Positions 52,001-64,000 of a stretch of 64,000 bases of DNA are shown piece after piece; positions within the stretch are counted from its first letter, which is position 1, and each line of letters starts with the position of its first letter. The translations under genes were made by a program, and so were the position numbers. The notes beneath the pieces are model-generated. The model was not told the DNA's origin and made no database searches. It saw only the letters and a program-made list of their open reading frames with translations. The DNA is from Eledone cirrhosa (lineage: Eukaryota). Location: positions 23,002,001 to 23,066,000 of the forward strand of contig OZ024744.1 of assembly GCA_964016885.1 (NCBI GenBank), read 5' to 3'.

Positions 52001-55000
52001 AAAACGAGTTTTATTTGAGGATTCAACTGTTGTTAAAACGAGTCATTTCTTAAGGTTGAACTGTTGATAAAACGAGTCAGTTCTTAAGATTCAACTGTTG
52101 TTAAAACGAGTTTTATCTAAAGATTCAGCTGTTGTTAAAATGAGTCAGTTCTTAAGATTCAACTGTTGTTAAAACGAGTTTTATCTTAAAATTCAACTGT
52201 TGTTAAAACGAGTCAGTTCTGAAGAATCAACTGTTGTTAAAACGAGTTTTATTTGAAGATTCAACTGTTGTTAAAACGAGTTTTATCTTAAGATTCAGCT
52301 GTTGTTAAAACGAGTCAGTTCTTAAGATACAACTGTTGTTAAAACGAATTTTATCTTAAGATTCAACTGTTGTTAAAACGAGTTTTATCTTAAGATTCAG
52401 CTGTTGTTAAAACGAATCAGTTCTTAAGATTCAACTGTTGTTAAAACGAGTTTTATTTGAAGATTCAACTGTTGTAAAACGAGTTTTATCTTAAGATTCA
52501 GCTGTTGTTAAAACGAGTCAGTTCTTAAGATTCAACTGTTGTTAAAACGAGTTTAATCTTAAGATTCAACTGTTGTTAAAACGAATCAGTTCTTAAGATT
52601 CAACTGTTGTTAAAATGAGTCAGTTCTTAAGATTCAACTGTTGTAAAACGAGTTTTATCTTAAGATTCAGCTGTTGTTAAAACGAGTCAGTTCTTAAGAT
52701 TCAACTGTTGTTAAAACGAGTTTTATCTTAAGATTCAACTGTTGTTAAAACGAATCAGTTCTTAAGATTCAACTGTTGTTAAAATGAGTCAGTTCTTAAG
52801 TTTCAACTGTTGTAAAACGAGTTTTATCTTAAGATTCACCTGTTGTTAAAACGAGTCAGTTCTTAAGATTCAACTGTAGTTAAAACGAGTTTTATCTGAA
52901 GATTCAACTGTTGTTAAAACGAATCAGTTGTTAAGATTCAACTGTTGTTAAAATGAGTCAGTTCTTAAGATTCAACTGTTGTTAAAACGAGTTTTATCTT
53001 AAGATTCAACTGTTGTTAAAACGAGTCAGTTCTTAAGATTCAACTGTTGTTAAAACGAGTTTTATCTTAAGATTCAACTGTTGTTAAAATGAGTCAGTTC
53101 TTAAGATTCAACCGTTGTTAAAACGAGTTTTATCTTAAGATTCAACTGTTGTTAAAACGAGTCAGTTCTTAAGATTCAACTGTTGTTAAAGCGAGTTTTA
53201 TTTGAAGATTCAACTGTTGTTAAAACGAGTCAGTGCTTAAGGTTGAACTGTTGATAAAACGAGTCAGTTCTTAAGATTCAACTGTTGTTAAAACGAGTTT
53301 TATCTTAAGATTCAGCTGTTGTTAAAACGAGTCAGTTCTTAAGATTCAACTGTTGTTAAAACGAATTTTCTCTTAAGATTCAACTGTTGTTAAAACGAGT
53401 TTTATCTTAAGATTCAGCTGTTGTTAAAACGAATCAGTTCTTAAGATTCAACTGTTGTTAAAACGAGTTTTATCTTAAGATTCAACTGTTGTTAAAACGA
53501 GTCAGTTCTGAAGAATCAACTGTTGTTAAAACGAGTTTTATTTGAAGATTCAACTGTTGTTAAAACGAGTCAGTGCTTAAGGTTGAACTGTTGATAAAAC
53601 GAGTCAGTTCTTAAGATTCAACTGTTGTTAAAACGAGTTTTATTTGAGGATTCAACTGTTGTTAAAACGAGTCATTTCTTAAGGTTGAACTGTTGATAAA
53701 ACGAGTCAGTTCTTAAGATTCAACTGTTGTTAAAACGAGTTTTATCTAAAGATTCAGCTGTTGTTAAAATGAGTCAGTTCTTAAGATTCAACTGTTGTTA
53801 AAACGAGTTTTATCTTAAGATTCAACTGTTGTTAAAACGAGTCAGTTCTGAAGAATCAACTGTTGTTAAAACGAGTTTTATTTGAAGATTCAACTGTTGT
53901 TAAAACGAGTTTTATCTTAAGATTCAGCTGTTGTTAAAACGAGTCAGTTCTTAAGATACAACTGTTGTTAAGACGAATTTTATCTTAAGATTCAACTGTT
54001 GTTAAAACGAGTTTTATCTTAAGATTCAGCTGTTGTTAAAACGAATCAGTTCTTAAGATTCAACTGTTGTTAAAACGAGTTTTATTTGAAGATTCAACTG
54101 TTGTAAAACGAGTTTTATCTTAAGATTCAGCTGTTGTTAAAACGAGTCAGTTCTTAAGATTCAACTGTTGTTAAAACGAGTTTTATCTTAAGATTCAGCT
54201 GTTGTTAAAACGAGTCAGTTCTTAAGATTCAACTGTTGTTAAAACGAATCAGTTCTTAAGCTTCAACTGTTGTTAAAATGAGTCAGTTCTTAAGATTCAA
54301 CTGTTGTAAAACGAGTTTTATCTTAAGATTCAGCTGTTGTTAAAACGAGTCAGTTCTTAAGATTCAACTGTTGTTAAAACGAGTTTTATCTTAAGATTCA
54401 ACTGTTGTTAAAACGAATCAGTTCTTAAGATTCAACTGTTGTTAAAATGAGTCAGTTCTTAAGTTTCAACTGTTGTAAAACGAGTTTTATCTTAAGATTC
54501 ACCTGTTGTTAAAACGAGTCAGTTCTTAAGATTCAACTGTAGTTAAAACGAGTTTTATCTGAAGATTCAACTGTTGTTAAAACGAATCAGTTGTTAAGAT
54601 TCAACTGTTGTTAAAATGAGTCAGTTCTTAAGATTCAACTGTTGTTAAAACGAGTTTTATCTTAAGATTCAACTGTTGTTAAAACGAGTCAGTTCTTAAG
54701 ATTCAACTGTTGTTAAAACGAGTTTTATCTTAAGATTCAACTGTTGTTAAAATGAGTCAGTTCTTAAGATTCAACCGTTGTTAAAACGAGTTTTATCTTA
54801 AGATTCAACTGTTGTTAAAACGAGTCAGTTCTTAAGATTCAACTGTTGTTAAAGCGAGTTTTATTTGAAGATTCAACTGTTGTTAAAACGAGTCAGTGCT
54901 TAAGGTTGAACTGTTGATAAAACGAGTCAGTTCTTAAGATTCAACTGTTGTTAAAACGAGTTTTATCTTAAGATTCAGCTGTTGTTAAAACGAGTCAGTT

Positions 55001-58000
55001 CTTAAGATTCAACTGTTGTTAAAACGAATATTATCTTAAGATTCAACTGTTGTTAAAACGAGTTTTATCTTAAGATTCAGCTGTTGTTAAAACGAATCAG
55101 TTCTTAAGATTCAACTGTTGTTAAAACGAGTTTTATCTTAAGATTCAACTGTTGTTAAAACGAGTCAGTTCTGAAGAATCAACTGTTGTTAAAACGAGTT
55201 TTATTTGAAGATTCAACTGTTGTTAAAACGAGTCAGTGCTTAAGGTTGAACTGTTGATAAAACGAGTCAGTTCTTAAGATTCAACTGTTGTTAAAACGAG
55301 TTTTATTTGAGGATTCAACTGTTGTTAAAACGAGTCATTTCTTAAGGTTGAACTGTTGATAAAACGAGTCAGTTCTTAAGATTCAACTGTTGTTAAAACG
55401 AGTTTTATCTAAAGATTCAGCTGTTGTTAAAATGAGTCAGTTCTTAAGATTCAACTGTTGTTAAAACGAGTTTTATCTTAAGATTCAACTGTTGTTAAAA
55501 CGAGTCAGTTCTGAAGAATCAACTGTTGTTAAAACGAGTTTTATTTGAAGATTCAACTGTTGTTAAAACGAGTTTTATCTTAAGATTCAGCTGTTGTTAA
55601 AACGAGTCAGTTCTTAAGATACAACTGTTGTTAAGACGAATTTTATCTGAAGATTCAACTGTTGTTAAAACGAGTTTTATCTTAAGATTCAGCTGTTGTT
55701 AAAACGAATCAGTTCTTAAGATTCAACTGTTGTTAAAACGAGTTTTATTTGAAGATTCAACTGTTGTAAAACGAGTTTTATCTTAAGATTCAGCTGTTGT
55801 TAAAACGAGTCAGTTCTTAAGATTCAACTGTTGTTAAAACGAGTTTTATCTTAAGATTCAGCTGTTGTTAAAACGAGTCAGTTCTTAAGATTCAACTGTT
55901 GTTAAAACGAATCAGTTCTTAAGCTTCAACTGTTGTTAAAATGAGTCAGTTCTTAAGATTCAACTGTTGTAAAACGAGTTTTATCTTAAGATTCAGCTGT
56001 TGTTAAAACGAGTCAGTTCTTAAGATTCAACTGTTGTTAAAACGAGTTTTATCTTAAGATTCAACTGTTGTTAAAACGAATCAGTTCTTAAGATTCAACT
56101 GTTGTTAAAATGAGTCAGTTCTTAAGATTCAACTGTTGTAAAACGAGTTTTATCTTAAGATTCAGCTGTTGTTAAAACGAGTCAGTTCTTAAGATTCAAC
56201 TGTAGTTAAAACGAGTTTTATCTGAAGATTCAACTGTTGTTAAAACGAATCAGTTGTTAAGATTCAACTGTTGTTAAAATGAGTCAGTTCTTAAGATTCA
56301 ACTGTTGTTAAAACGAGTTTTATCTTAAGATTCAACTGTTGTTAAAACGAGTCAGTTCTTAAGATTCAACTGTTGTTAAAACGAGTTTTATCTTAAGATT
56401 CAACTGTTGTTAAAATGAGTCAGTTCTTAAGATTCAACCGTTGTTAAAACGAGTTTTATCTTAAGATTCAACTGTTGTTAAAACGAGTCAGTTCTTAAGA
56501 TTCAACTGTTGTTAAAGCGAGTTTTATTTGAAGATTCAACTGTTGTTAAAACGAGTCAGTGCTTAAGGTTGAACTGTTGATAAAACGAGTCAGTTCTTAA
56601 GATTCAACTGTTGTTAAAACGAGTTTTATCTTAAGATTCAGCTGTTGTTAAAACGAGTCAGTTCTTAAGATTCAACTGTTGTTAAAACGAATTTTATCTT
56701 AAGATTCAACTGTTGTTAAAACGAGTTTTATCTTAAGATTCAGCTGTTGTTAAAACGAATCAGTTCTTAAGATTCAACTGTTGTTAAAACTAATTTTATT
56801 TGAAGATTCAACTGTTGTTAAGATGAGTCAGTTCTTAAGGTTGAACTGTTGATAAAACGAGTCAGTTCTTAAGATTCAACTGTTGTTAAAACGAGTTTTA
56901 TCTTAAGATTTAGCTGTTGTTAAAACGAGTCAGTTCTTAAGATTCAACTGTTGTTAAAACGAGTTTATCTTAAAATTCAGCCGTTGTTAAAACGAGTCAG
57001 TTCTTAATATTCAACTGTTGTTAAAACGAGTTTTATCTTAAGATTCAACTGTTGTTAAAATGAGTCAGTTCTTAAGATTCAACTGTTGTTAAAACGAGTT
57101 TTATTTGAGGATTCAACTGTTGTTAAAACGAGTCAGTTCTTAAAGTTGAACTGTTGATAAAACGAGTCAGTTCTTAAGATTCAACTGTTGTTAAAACGAG
57201 TTTTATCTTAAGATTCAACTGTTGTTAAAATGAGTCAGTTCTTAAGATTCAACTGTTGTTAAAACGAGTTTTATCTTAAGATTCAACTGTTGTTAAAACG
57301 AGTCAGTTCTTAAGATTCAACTGTTGTTAAAACGAGTTTTATTTGAAGATTCAACTGTTGTTAAAACGAGTCAGTGCTTAAGGTTGAACTGTTGATAAAA
57401 CGAGTCAGTTCTTAAGATTCAACTGTTGTTAAAAAGAGTTTTATCTTAAGATTCAGCTGTTGTTAAAACGAGTCAGTTCTTAAGATTCAACTGTTGTTAA
57501 AACGAATTTTATCTTAAGATTCAACTGTTGTTAAAACGAGTTTTATCTTAAGATTCAGCTGTTGTTAAAACGAATCAGCTCTTAAGATTCAACTGTTGTT
57601 AAAACGAATTTTATTTGAAGATTCAACTGTTGTTAAGATGAGTCAGTTCTTAAGGTTGAACTGTTCATAAAACGAGTCAATTCTTAAGATTCAACTGTTG
57701 TTAAAACGAGTTTTATCTTAAGATTTAGCTGTTGTTAAAACGAGTTAGTTCTTAAGATTCAACTGTTGTTAAAACGAGTTTATCTTAAAATTCAGCCGTT
57801 GTTAAAACGAGTCAGTTCTTAAGATTCAACTGTTGTTAAAACGAGTTTTATCTTAAGATTCAACTGTTGTTAAAACGAGTTTTATCTTAAGATTCAGCTG
57901 TTGTTAAAACGAGTCAGTTCTTAAGATTCAACTGTTGTTAAAACGAGTGTTATCTTAAGATTCATCTGTTGTTAAAACGAGTCAGTTCTGAAGAATCAAC

Positions 58001-61000
58001 TGTTGTTAAAACGAGTTTTATTTGAAGATTCAACTGTTGTTAAAACGAGTCAGTGCTTAAGGTTGAACTGTTGATAAAACGAGTCAGTTCTTAAGATTCA
58101 ACTGTTGTTAAAACGAGTTTTATCTTAAGATTCAGATGTTGTTAAAACGAGTCAGTTCTTAAGATTCAACTGTTGTTAAAACGAATTTTATCTTAAGATT
58201 CAACTGTTGTTAAAACGAGTTTTATCTTAAGATTCAGCTGTTGTTAAAATGAATCAGTTCTTAAGATTCAACTGTTGTTAAAACGAGTTTTATTTGAAGA
58301 TTCAACTGTTGTTAAGACGAGTCAGTTCTTAAGGTTGAACTCTTGATAAAACGAGTCAGTTCTTAAGATTCAACTGTTGTAAAACGAGTTTTATCTTAAG
58401 ATTCAACTGTTGTTAAAATGAGTCAGTTCTTAAGATTCAACCGTTGTTAAAACGAGTTTTATCTTAAGATTCAACTGTTGTTAAAATGAGTCAGTTCTTA
58501 AGATTCAACCGTTGTTAAAACGAGTTTTATCTTAAGATTCAACTGTTGTTAAAACGAGTCAGTTCTTAAGATTCAACTGTTGTTAAAGCGAGTTTTATTT
58601 GAAGATTCAACTGTTGTTAAAACGAGTCAGTGCTTAAGGTTGAACTGTTGATAAAACGAGTCAGTTCTTAAGATTCAACTGTTGTTAAAACGAGTTTTGT
58701 CTTAAGATTCAGCTGTTGTTAAAACGAGTCAGTTCTTAAGATTCAACTGTTGTTAAAACGAATTTTATCTAAAGATTCAACTGTTGTTAAAACGAGTTTT
58801 ATCTTAAGATTCAGCTGTTGTTAAAACGAATCAGTTCTTAAGATTCAACTGTTGTTAAAACTAATTTTATTTGAAGATTCAACTGTTGTTAAGATGAGTC
58901 AGTTCTTAAGGTTGAACTGTTGATAAAACGAGTCAGTTCTTAAGATTCAACTGTTGTTAAAACGAGTTTTATCTTAAAATTCAGCCGTTGTTAAAACGAG
59001 TCAGTTCTTAAGATTCAACTGTTGTTAAAACGAGTTTTATCTTAAGATTCAACTGTTGTTAAAATGAGTCAGTTCTTAAGATTCAACTGTTGTTAAAACG
59101 AGTTTTATTTGAGGATTCAACTGTTGTTAAAACGAGTCAGTTCTTAAGGTTGAACTGTTGATAAAACGAGTCAGTTCTTAAGATTCAACTGTTGTTAAAA
59201 CGAGTTTTATCTTAAGATTCAACTGTTGTTAAAATGAGTCAGTTCTTAAGATTCAACTGTTGTTAAAACGAGTTTTATCTTAAGATTCAACTGTTCTTAA
59301 AACGAGTCAGTTCTTAAGATTCAACTGTTGTTAAAACGAGTTTTATTTGAAGATTCAACTGTTGTTAAAACGAGTCAGTGCTTAAGGTTGAACTGTTGAT
59401 AAAACGAGTCAGTTCTTAAGATTCAACTGTTGTTAAAAAGAGTTTTATCTTAAGATTCAGCTGTTGTTAAAACGAGTCAGTTCTTAAGATTCAACTGTTG
59501 TTAAAACGAATTTTATCTTAAGATTCAACTGTTGTTAAAACGAGTTTTATCTTAAGATTCAGCTGTTGTTAAAACGAATCAGCTCTTAAGATTCAACTGT
59601 TGTTAAAACGAATTTTATTTGAAGATTCAACTGTTGTTAAGATGAGTCAGTTCTTAAGGTTGAACTGTTCATAAAACGAGTCAGTTCTTAAGATTCAACT
59701 GTTGTTAAAACGAGTTTTATCTTAAGATTTAGCTGTTGTTAAAACGAGTTAGTTCTTAAGATTCAACTGTTGTTAAAACGAGTTTATCTTAAAATTCAGC
59801 CGTTGTTAAAACGAGTCAGTTCTTAAGATTCAACTGTTGTTAAAACGAGTTTTATCTTAAGATTCAACTGTTGTTAAAACGAGTTTTATCTTAAGATTCA
59901 GCTGTTGTTAAAACGAGTCAGTTCTTAAGATTCAACTGTTGTTAAACGAATTTTATCTTAAGATTCAACTGTTGTTAAAACGAGTTTTATCTTAAGATTC
60001 AGCTGTTGTTAAAACGAATCAGTTCTTAAGATTCAACTGTTGTTAAAACTCGTTTTATCTTAAGATTCAACTGTTGTTAAAACGAATCAGTTCTTAAGAT
60101 TCAACTGTTGTTAAAACGAGTGTTATCTTAAGATTCATCTGTTGTTAAAACGAATCAGTTCTGAAGAATCAACTGTTGTTAAAACGAGTTTTATTTGAAG
60201 ATTCAACTGTTGTTAAAACGAGTCAGTGCTTTAGGTTGAACTGTTGATAAAACGAGTCAGTTCTTAAGATTCAACTGTTGTTAAAACGAGTTTTATCTTA
60301 AGATTCAGATGTTGTTAAAACGAGTCAGTTCTTAAGATTCAACTGTTGTTAAAACGAATTTTATCTTAAGATTCAACTGTTGTTAAAACGAGTTTTATCT
60401 TAAGATTCAGCTATTGTTAAAACGAATCAGTTCTTAAGATTCAACTGTTGTTAAAACGAGTTTTATTTGAAGATTCAACTGTTGTTAAGACGAGTCAGTT
60501 CTTAAGGTTGAACTCTTGATAAAACGAGTCAGTTCTTAAGATTCAACTGTTGTAAAACGAGTTTTATCTTAAGATTCAGCTGTTGTTAAAACGAGTCAGT
60601 TCTTAAGATTCAACTGTTATTAAAACGAGTTTTATCTTAAGATTCAACTGTTGTTAAAACGAATCAGTTCTTAAGATTCAACTGTTGTTAAAATGAGTCA
60701 GTTCTTAAGATTCAACTGTTGTAAAAACTAGTTTCATCTTAAGATTCAACTGTTGTTAAAATGAGTCAGCTCTTAAGATTCAACTGTTGTTAAAACGAGT
60801 TTTATCTTAAGATTCAACTGTTGTTAAAACGAGTCAGTTCTTAAGATTCAACTGTTGTTAAAACGAGTTTTATTTGAGGATTCAACTGTTGTTAAAACGA
60901 GTCATTTCTTAAGGTTGAACTGTTGATAAAACGAGTCAGTTCTTAAGATTCAACTGTTGTTAAAACGAGTTTTATCTAAAGATTCAGCTGTTGTTAAAAT

Positions 61001-62300
61001 GAGTCAGTTCTTAAGATTCAACTGTTGTTAAAACGAGTTTTATCTTAAAATTCAACTGTTGTTAAAACGAGTCAGTTCTGAAGAATCAACTGTTGTTAAA
61101 ACGAGTTTTATTTGAAGATTCAACTGTTGTTAAAACGAGTTTTATCTTAAGATTCAGCTGTTGTTAAAACGAGTCAGTTCTTAAGATACAACTGTTGTTA
61201 AAACGAATTTTATCTTAAGATTCAACTGTTGTTAAAACGAGTTTTATCTTAAGATTCAGCTGTTGTTAAAACGAATCAGTTCTTAAGATTCAACTGTTTT
61301 TAAAACGAGTTTTATTTGAAGATTCAACTGTTGTAAAACGAGTTTTATCTTAAGATTCAGCTGTTGTTAAAACGAGTCAGTTCTTAAGATTCAACTGTTG
61401 TTAAAACGAGTTTAATCTTAAGATTCAACTGTTGTTAAAACGAATCAGTTCTTAAGATTCAACTGTTGTTAAAATGAGTCAGTTCTTAAGATTCAACTGT
61501 TGTAAAACGAGTTTTATCTTAAGATTCAGCTGTTGTTAAAACGAGTCAGTTCTTAAGATTCAACTGTTGTTAAAACGAGTTTTATCTTAAGATTCAACTG
61601 TTGTTAAAACGAATCAGTTCTTAAGATTCAACTGTTGTTAAAATGAGTCAGTTCTTAAGTTTCAACTGTTGTAAAACGAGTTTTATCTTAAGATTCAGCT
61701 GTTGTTAAAACGAGTCAGTTCTTAAGATTCAACTGTAGTTAAAACGAGTTTTATCTGAAGATTCAACTGTTGTTAAAACGAATCAGTTGTTAAGATTCAA
61801 CTGTTGTTAAAATGAGTCAGTTCTTAAGATTCAACTGTTGTTAAAACGAGTTTTATCTTAAGATTCAACTGTTGTTAAAACGAGTCAGTTCTTAAGATTC
61901 AACTGTTGTTAAAACGAGTTTTATCTTAAGATTCAACTGTTGTTAAAATGAGTCAGTTCTTAAGATTCAACCGTTGTTAAAACGAGTTTTATCTTAAGAT
62001 TCAACTGTTGTTAAAACGAGTCAGTTCTTAAGATTCAACTGTTGTTAAAGCGAGTTTTATTTGAAGATTCAACTGTTGTTAAAACGAGTCAGTGCTTAAG
62101 GTTGAACTGTTGATAAAACGAGTCAGTTCTTAAGATTCAACTGTTGTTAAAACGAGTTTTATCTTAAGATTCAGCTGTTGTTAAAACGAGTCAGTTCTTA
62201 AGATTCAACTGTTGTTAAAACGAATTTTATCTTAAGATTCAACTGTTGTTAAAACGAGTTTTATCTTAAGATTCAGCTGTTGTTAAAACGAATCAGTTCT
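49000..62300. repeat. Long-range duplication at offset 8859 bp (~49.0-53.4 kb matches ~57.9-62.3 kb)
   Basis: TTTTG marker 49840/58699, ACTCG 51189/60048, TTATCTTAAAATTCAACT 52181/61040, GTTTAATCTT 52551/61410, AAGTTTCAAC 52798/61657. Confidence 0.87.
52560..56120. repeat. Higher-order repeat domain 5: 1663-bp (49-monomer) tandem duplication, with different content from the 1664-bp unit
   Basis: TTTCAAC variant at 52801/54464, CACCTG at 52837/54500, AAGCTT at 54258/55921. Confidence 0.88.
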
Positions 62301-64000
62301 TAAGATTCAACTGTTGTTAAAACTAATTTTATTTGAAGATTCAACTGTTGTTAAGATGAGTCAGTTCTTAAGGTTGAACTGTTGATAAAACGAGTCAGTT
62401 CTTAAGATTCAACTGTTGTTAAAACGAGTCAGTTCTTAAGATTCAACTGTTGTTAAAACGAGTTTTATCTTAAGATTCAACTGTTGTTAAAATGAGTCAG
62501 TTCTTAAGATTCAACCGTTGTTAAAACGAGTTTTATCTTAAGATTCAACTGTTGTTAAAACGAGTCAGTTCTTAAGATTCAACTGTTGTTAAAGCGAGTT
62601 TTATTTGAAGATTCAACTGTTGTTAAAACGAGTCAGTGCTTAAGGTTGAACTGTTGATAAAACGAGTCAGTTCTTAAGATTCAACTGTTGTTAAAACGAG
62701 TTTTATTTGAGGATTCAACTGTTGTTAAAACGAGTCATTTCTTAAGGTTGAACTGTTGATAAAACGAGTCAGTTCTTAAGATTCAACTGTTGTTAAAACG
62801 AGTTTTATCTAAAGATTCAGCTGTTGTTAAAATGAGTCAGTTCTTAAGATTCAACTGTTGTTAAAACGAGTTTTATCTTAAGATTCAACTGTTGTTAAAA
62901 CGAGTCAGTTCTGAAGAATCAACTGTTGTTAAAACGAGTTTTATTTGAAGATTCAACTGTTGTTAAAACGAGTTTTATCTTAAGATTCAGCTGTTGTTAA
63001 AACGAGTCAGTTCTTAAGATACAACTGTTGTTAAGACGAATTTTATCTTAAGATTCAACTGTTGTTAAAACGAGTTTTATCTTAAGATTCAGCTGTTGTT
63101 AAAACGAATCAGTTCTTAAGATTCAACTGTTGTTAAAACGAGTTTTATTTGAAGATTCAACTGTTGTAAAACGAGTTTTATCTTAAGATTCAGCTGTTGT
63201 TAAAACGAGTCAGTTCTTAAGATTCAACTGTTGTTAAAACGAGTTTTATCTTAAGATTCAGCTGTTGTTAAAACGAGTCAGTTCTTAAGATTCAACTGTT
63301 GTTAAAACGAATCAGTTCTTAAGATTCAACTGTTGTTAAAATGAGTCAGTTCTTAAGGTTGAACTGTTGATAAAACGAGTCAGTTCTTAAGATTCAACTG
63401 TTGTTAAAACGAGTTTTATCTTAAGATTCAACTGTTGTTAAAATGAGTCAGTTCTTAATATTCAACTGTTGTTAAAACGAGTTTTATCTTAAGATTCAAC
63501 TGTTGTTAAAACGAGTCAGTTCTTAAGATTCAACTGTTGTTAAAACGAGTTTTATTTGAAGATTCAACTGTTGTTAAAACGAGTCAGTGCTTTAGGTTGA
63601 ACTGTTGATAAAACGAGTCAGTTCTTAAGATTCAACTGTTGTTAAAACGAGTTTTATCTTAAGATTCAGATGTTGTTAAAACGAGTCAGTTCTTAAGATT
63701 CAACTGTTGTTAAAACGAATTTTATCTTAAGATTCAACTGTTGTTAAAACGAGTTTTATCTTAAGATTCAGCTATTGTTAAAACGAATCAGTTCTTAAGA
63801 TTCAACTGTTGTTAAAACGAGTTTTATTTGAAGATTCAACTGTTGTTAAGACGAGTCAGTTCTTAAGGTTGAACTCTTGATAAAACGAGTCAGTTCTTAA
63901 GATTCAACTGTTGTAAAACGAGTTTTATCTTAAGATTCAGCTGTTGTTAAAACGAGTCAGTTCTTAAGATTCAACTGTTATTAAAACGAGTTTTATCTTA

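Larger units (their letters stand above)
1..64000. repeat. Satellite DNA array, 34-bp monomer (~1,880 copies), two alternating monomer types (68-bp dimer); runs off both window ends
   Basis: Monomer A at 1-34 is CTTAAGATTCAACTGTTGTTAAAACGAGTTTTAT and monomer B at 35-68 is CTTAAGATTCAACTGTTGTTAAAACGAGTCAGTT. The head-to-tail pattern continues to base 64000 in one orientation, with only point variants and 1-bp deletions seen. GC is 9/34 in A and 11/34 in B. Confidence 0.99.

Noticed and set aside
1-64000. Repetitive protein-coding ORF on either strand
   Set aside because: Each monomer has two TTAA motifs, giving TAA on both strands, and the 34-bp period shifts frame, so all six frames stop within about two monomers.
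1-64000. A/B monomer order as an information-bearing code or cassette system
   Set aside because: The order is mostly simple alternation, and the departures are explained by copied blocks and whole-monomer indels. No associated enzyme gene or unique sequence is present.
1-64000. Telomeric repeat, plasmid iterons, or transposon insertions at the abundant TTAA sites
   Set aside because: There is no G-rich telomere-like unit, the array is far too long for iterons and has no rep gene, and no terminal inverted repeats or foreign sequence interrupt it.
1-64000. Whole array as a synthetic concatemer or sequencing artefact
   Set aside because: Nested, position-specific shared variants and block-private SNVs fit natural satellite evolution. 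The exact copy number of near-identical blocks could still be misassembled.

Overview
The whole 64-kb window is one uninterrupted, single-orientation, AT-rich (~30% GC) tandem array of a 34-bp monomer, roughly 1,880 copies. It looks like eukaryotic satellite DNA. The monomers share the core CTTAAGATTCAACTGTTGTTAAAACGAGT and end in either TTTAT (type A) or CAGTT (type B); A and B mostly alternate to give a 68-bp dimer. I saw no genes, RNA genes, transposons, CRISPR spacers or unique sequence, and TAA stops close all six frames within about two monomers. The information lies in nested repeat structure traced with rare variants: a relic 17-bp half-repeat, the 34/68-bp units, an older 7-9-monomer module (~272 bp), and local higher-order duplications with offsets of 713, 1663/1664, 2919, 3191-3226, ~5.7-6.5 kb and 8859 bp that turn over along the array. 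The monomer is built from overlapping dyad symmetries, and one variant looks like a template-switch micro-inversion. I cannot identify the organism or satellite family, or say whether the array is centromeric. The sequence alone does not demonstrate a new biological system. Offsets were counted by hand from marker variants, and block boundaries are approximate.
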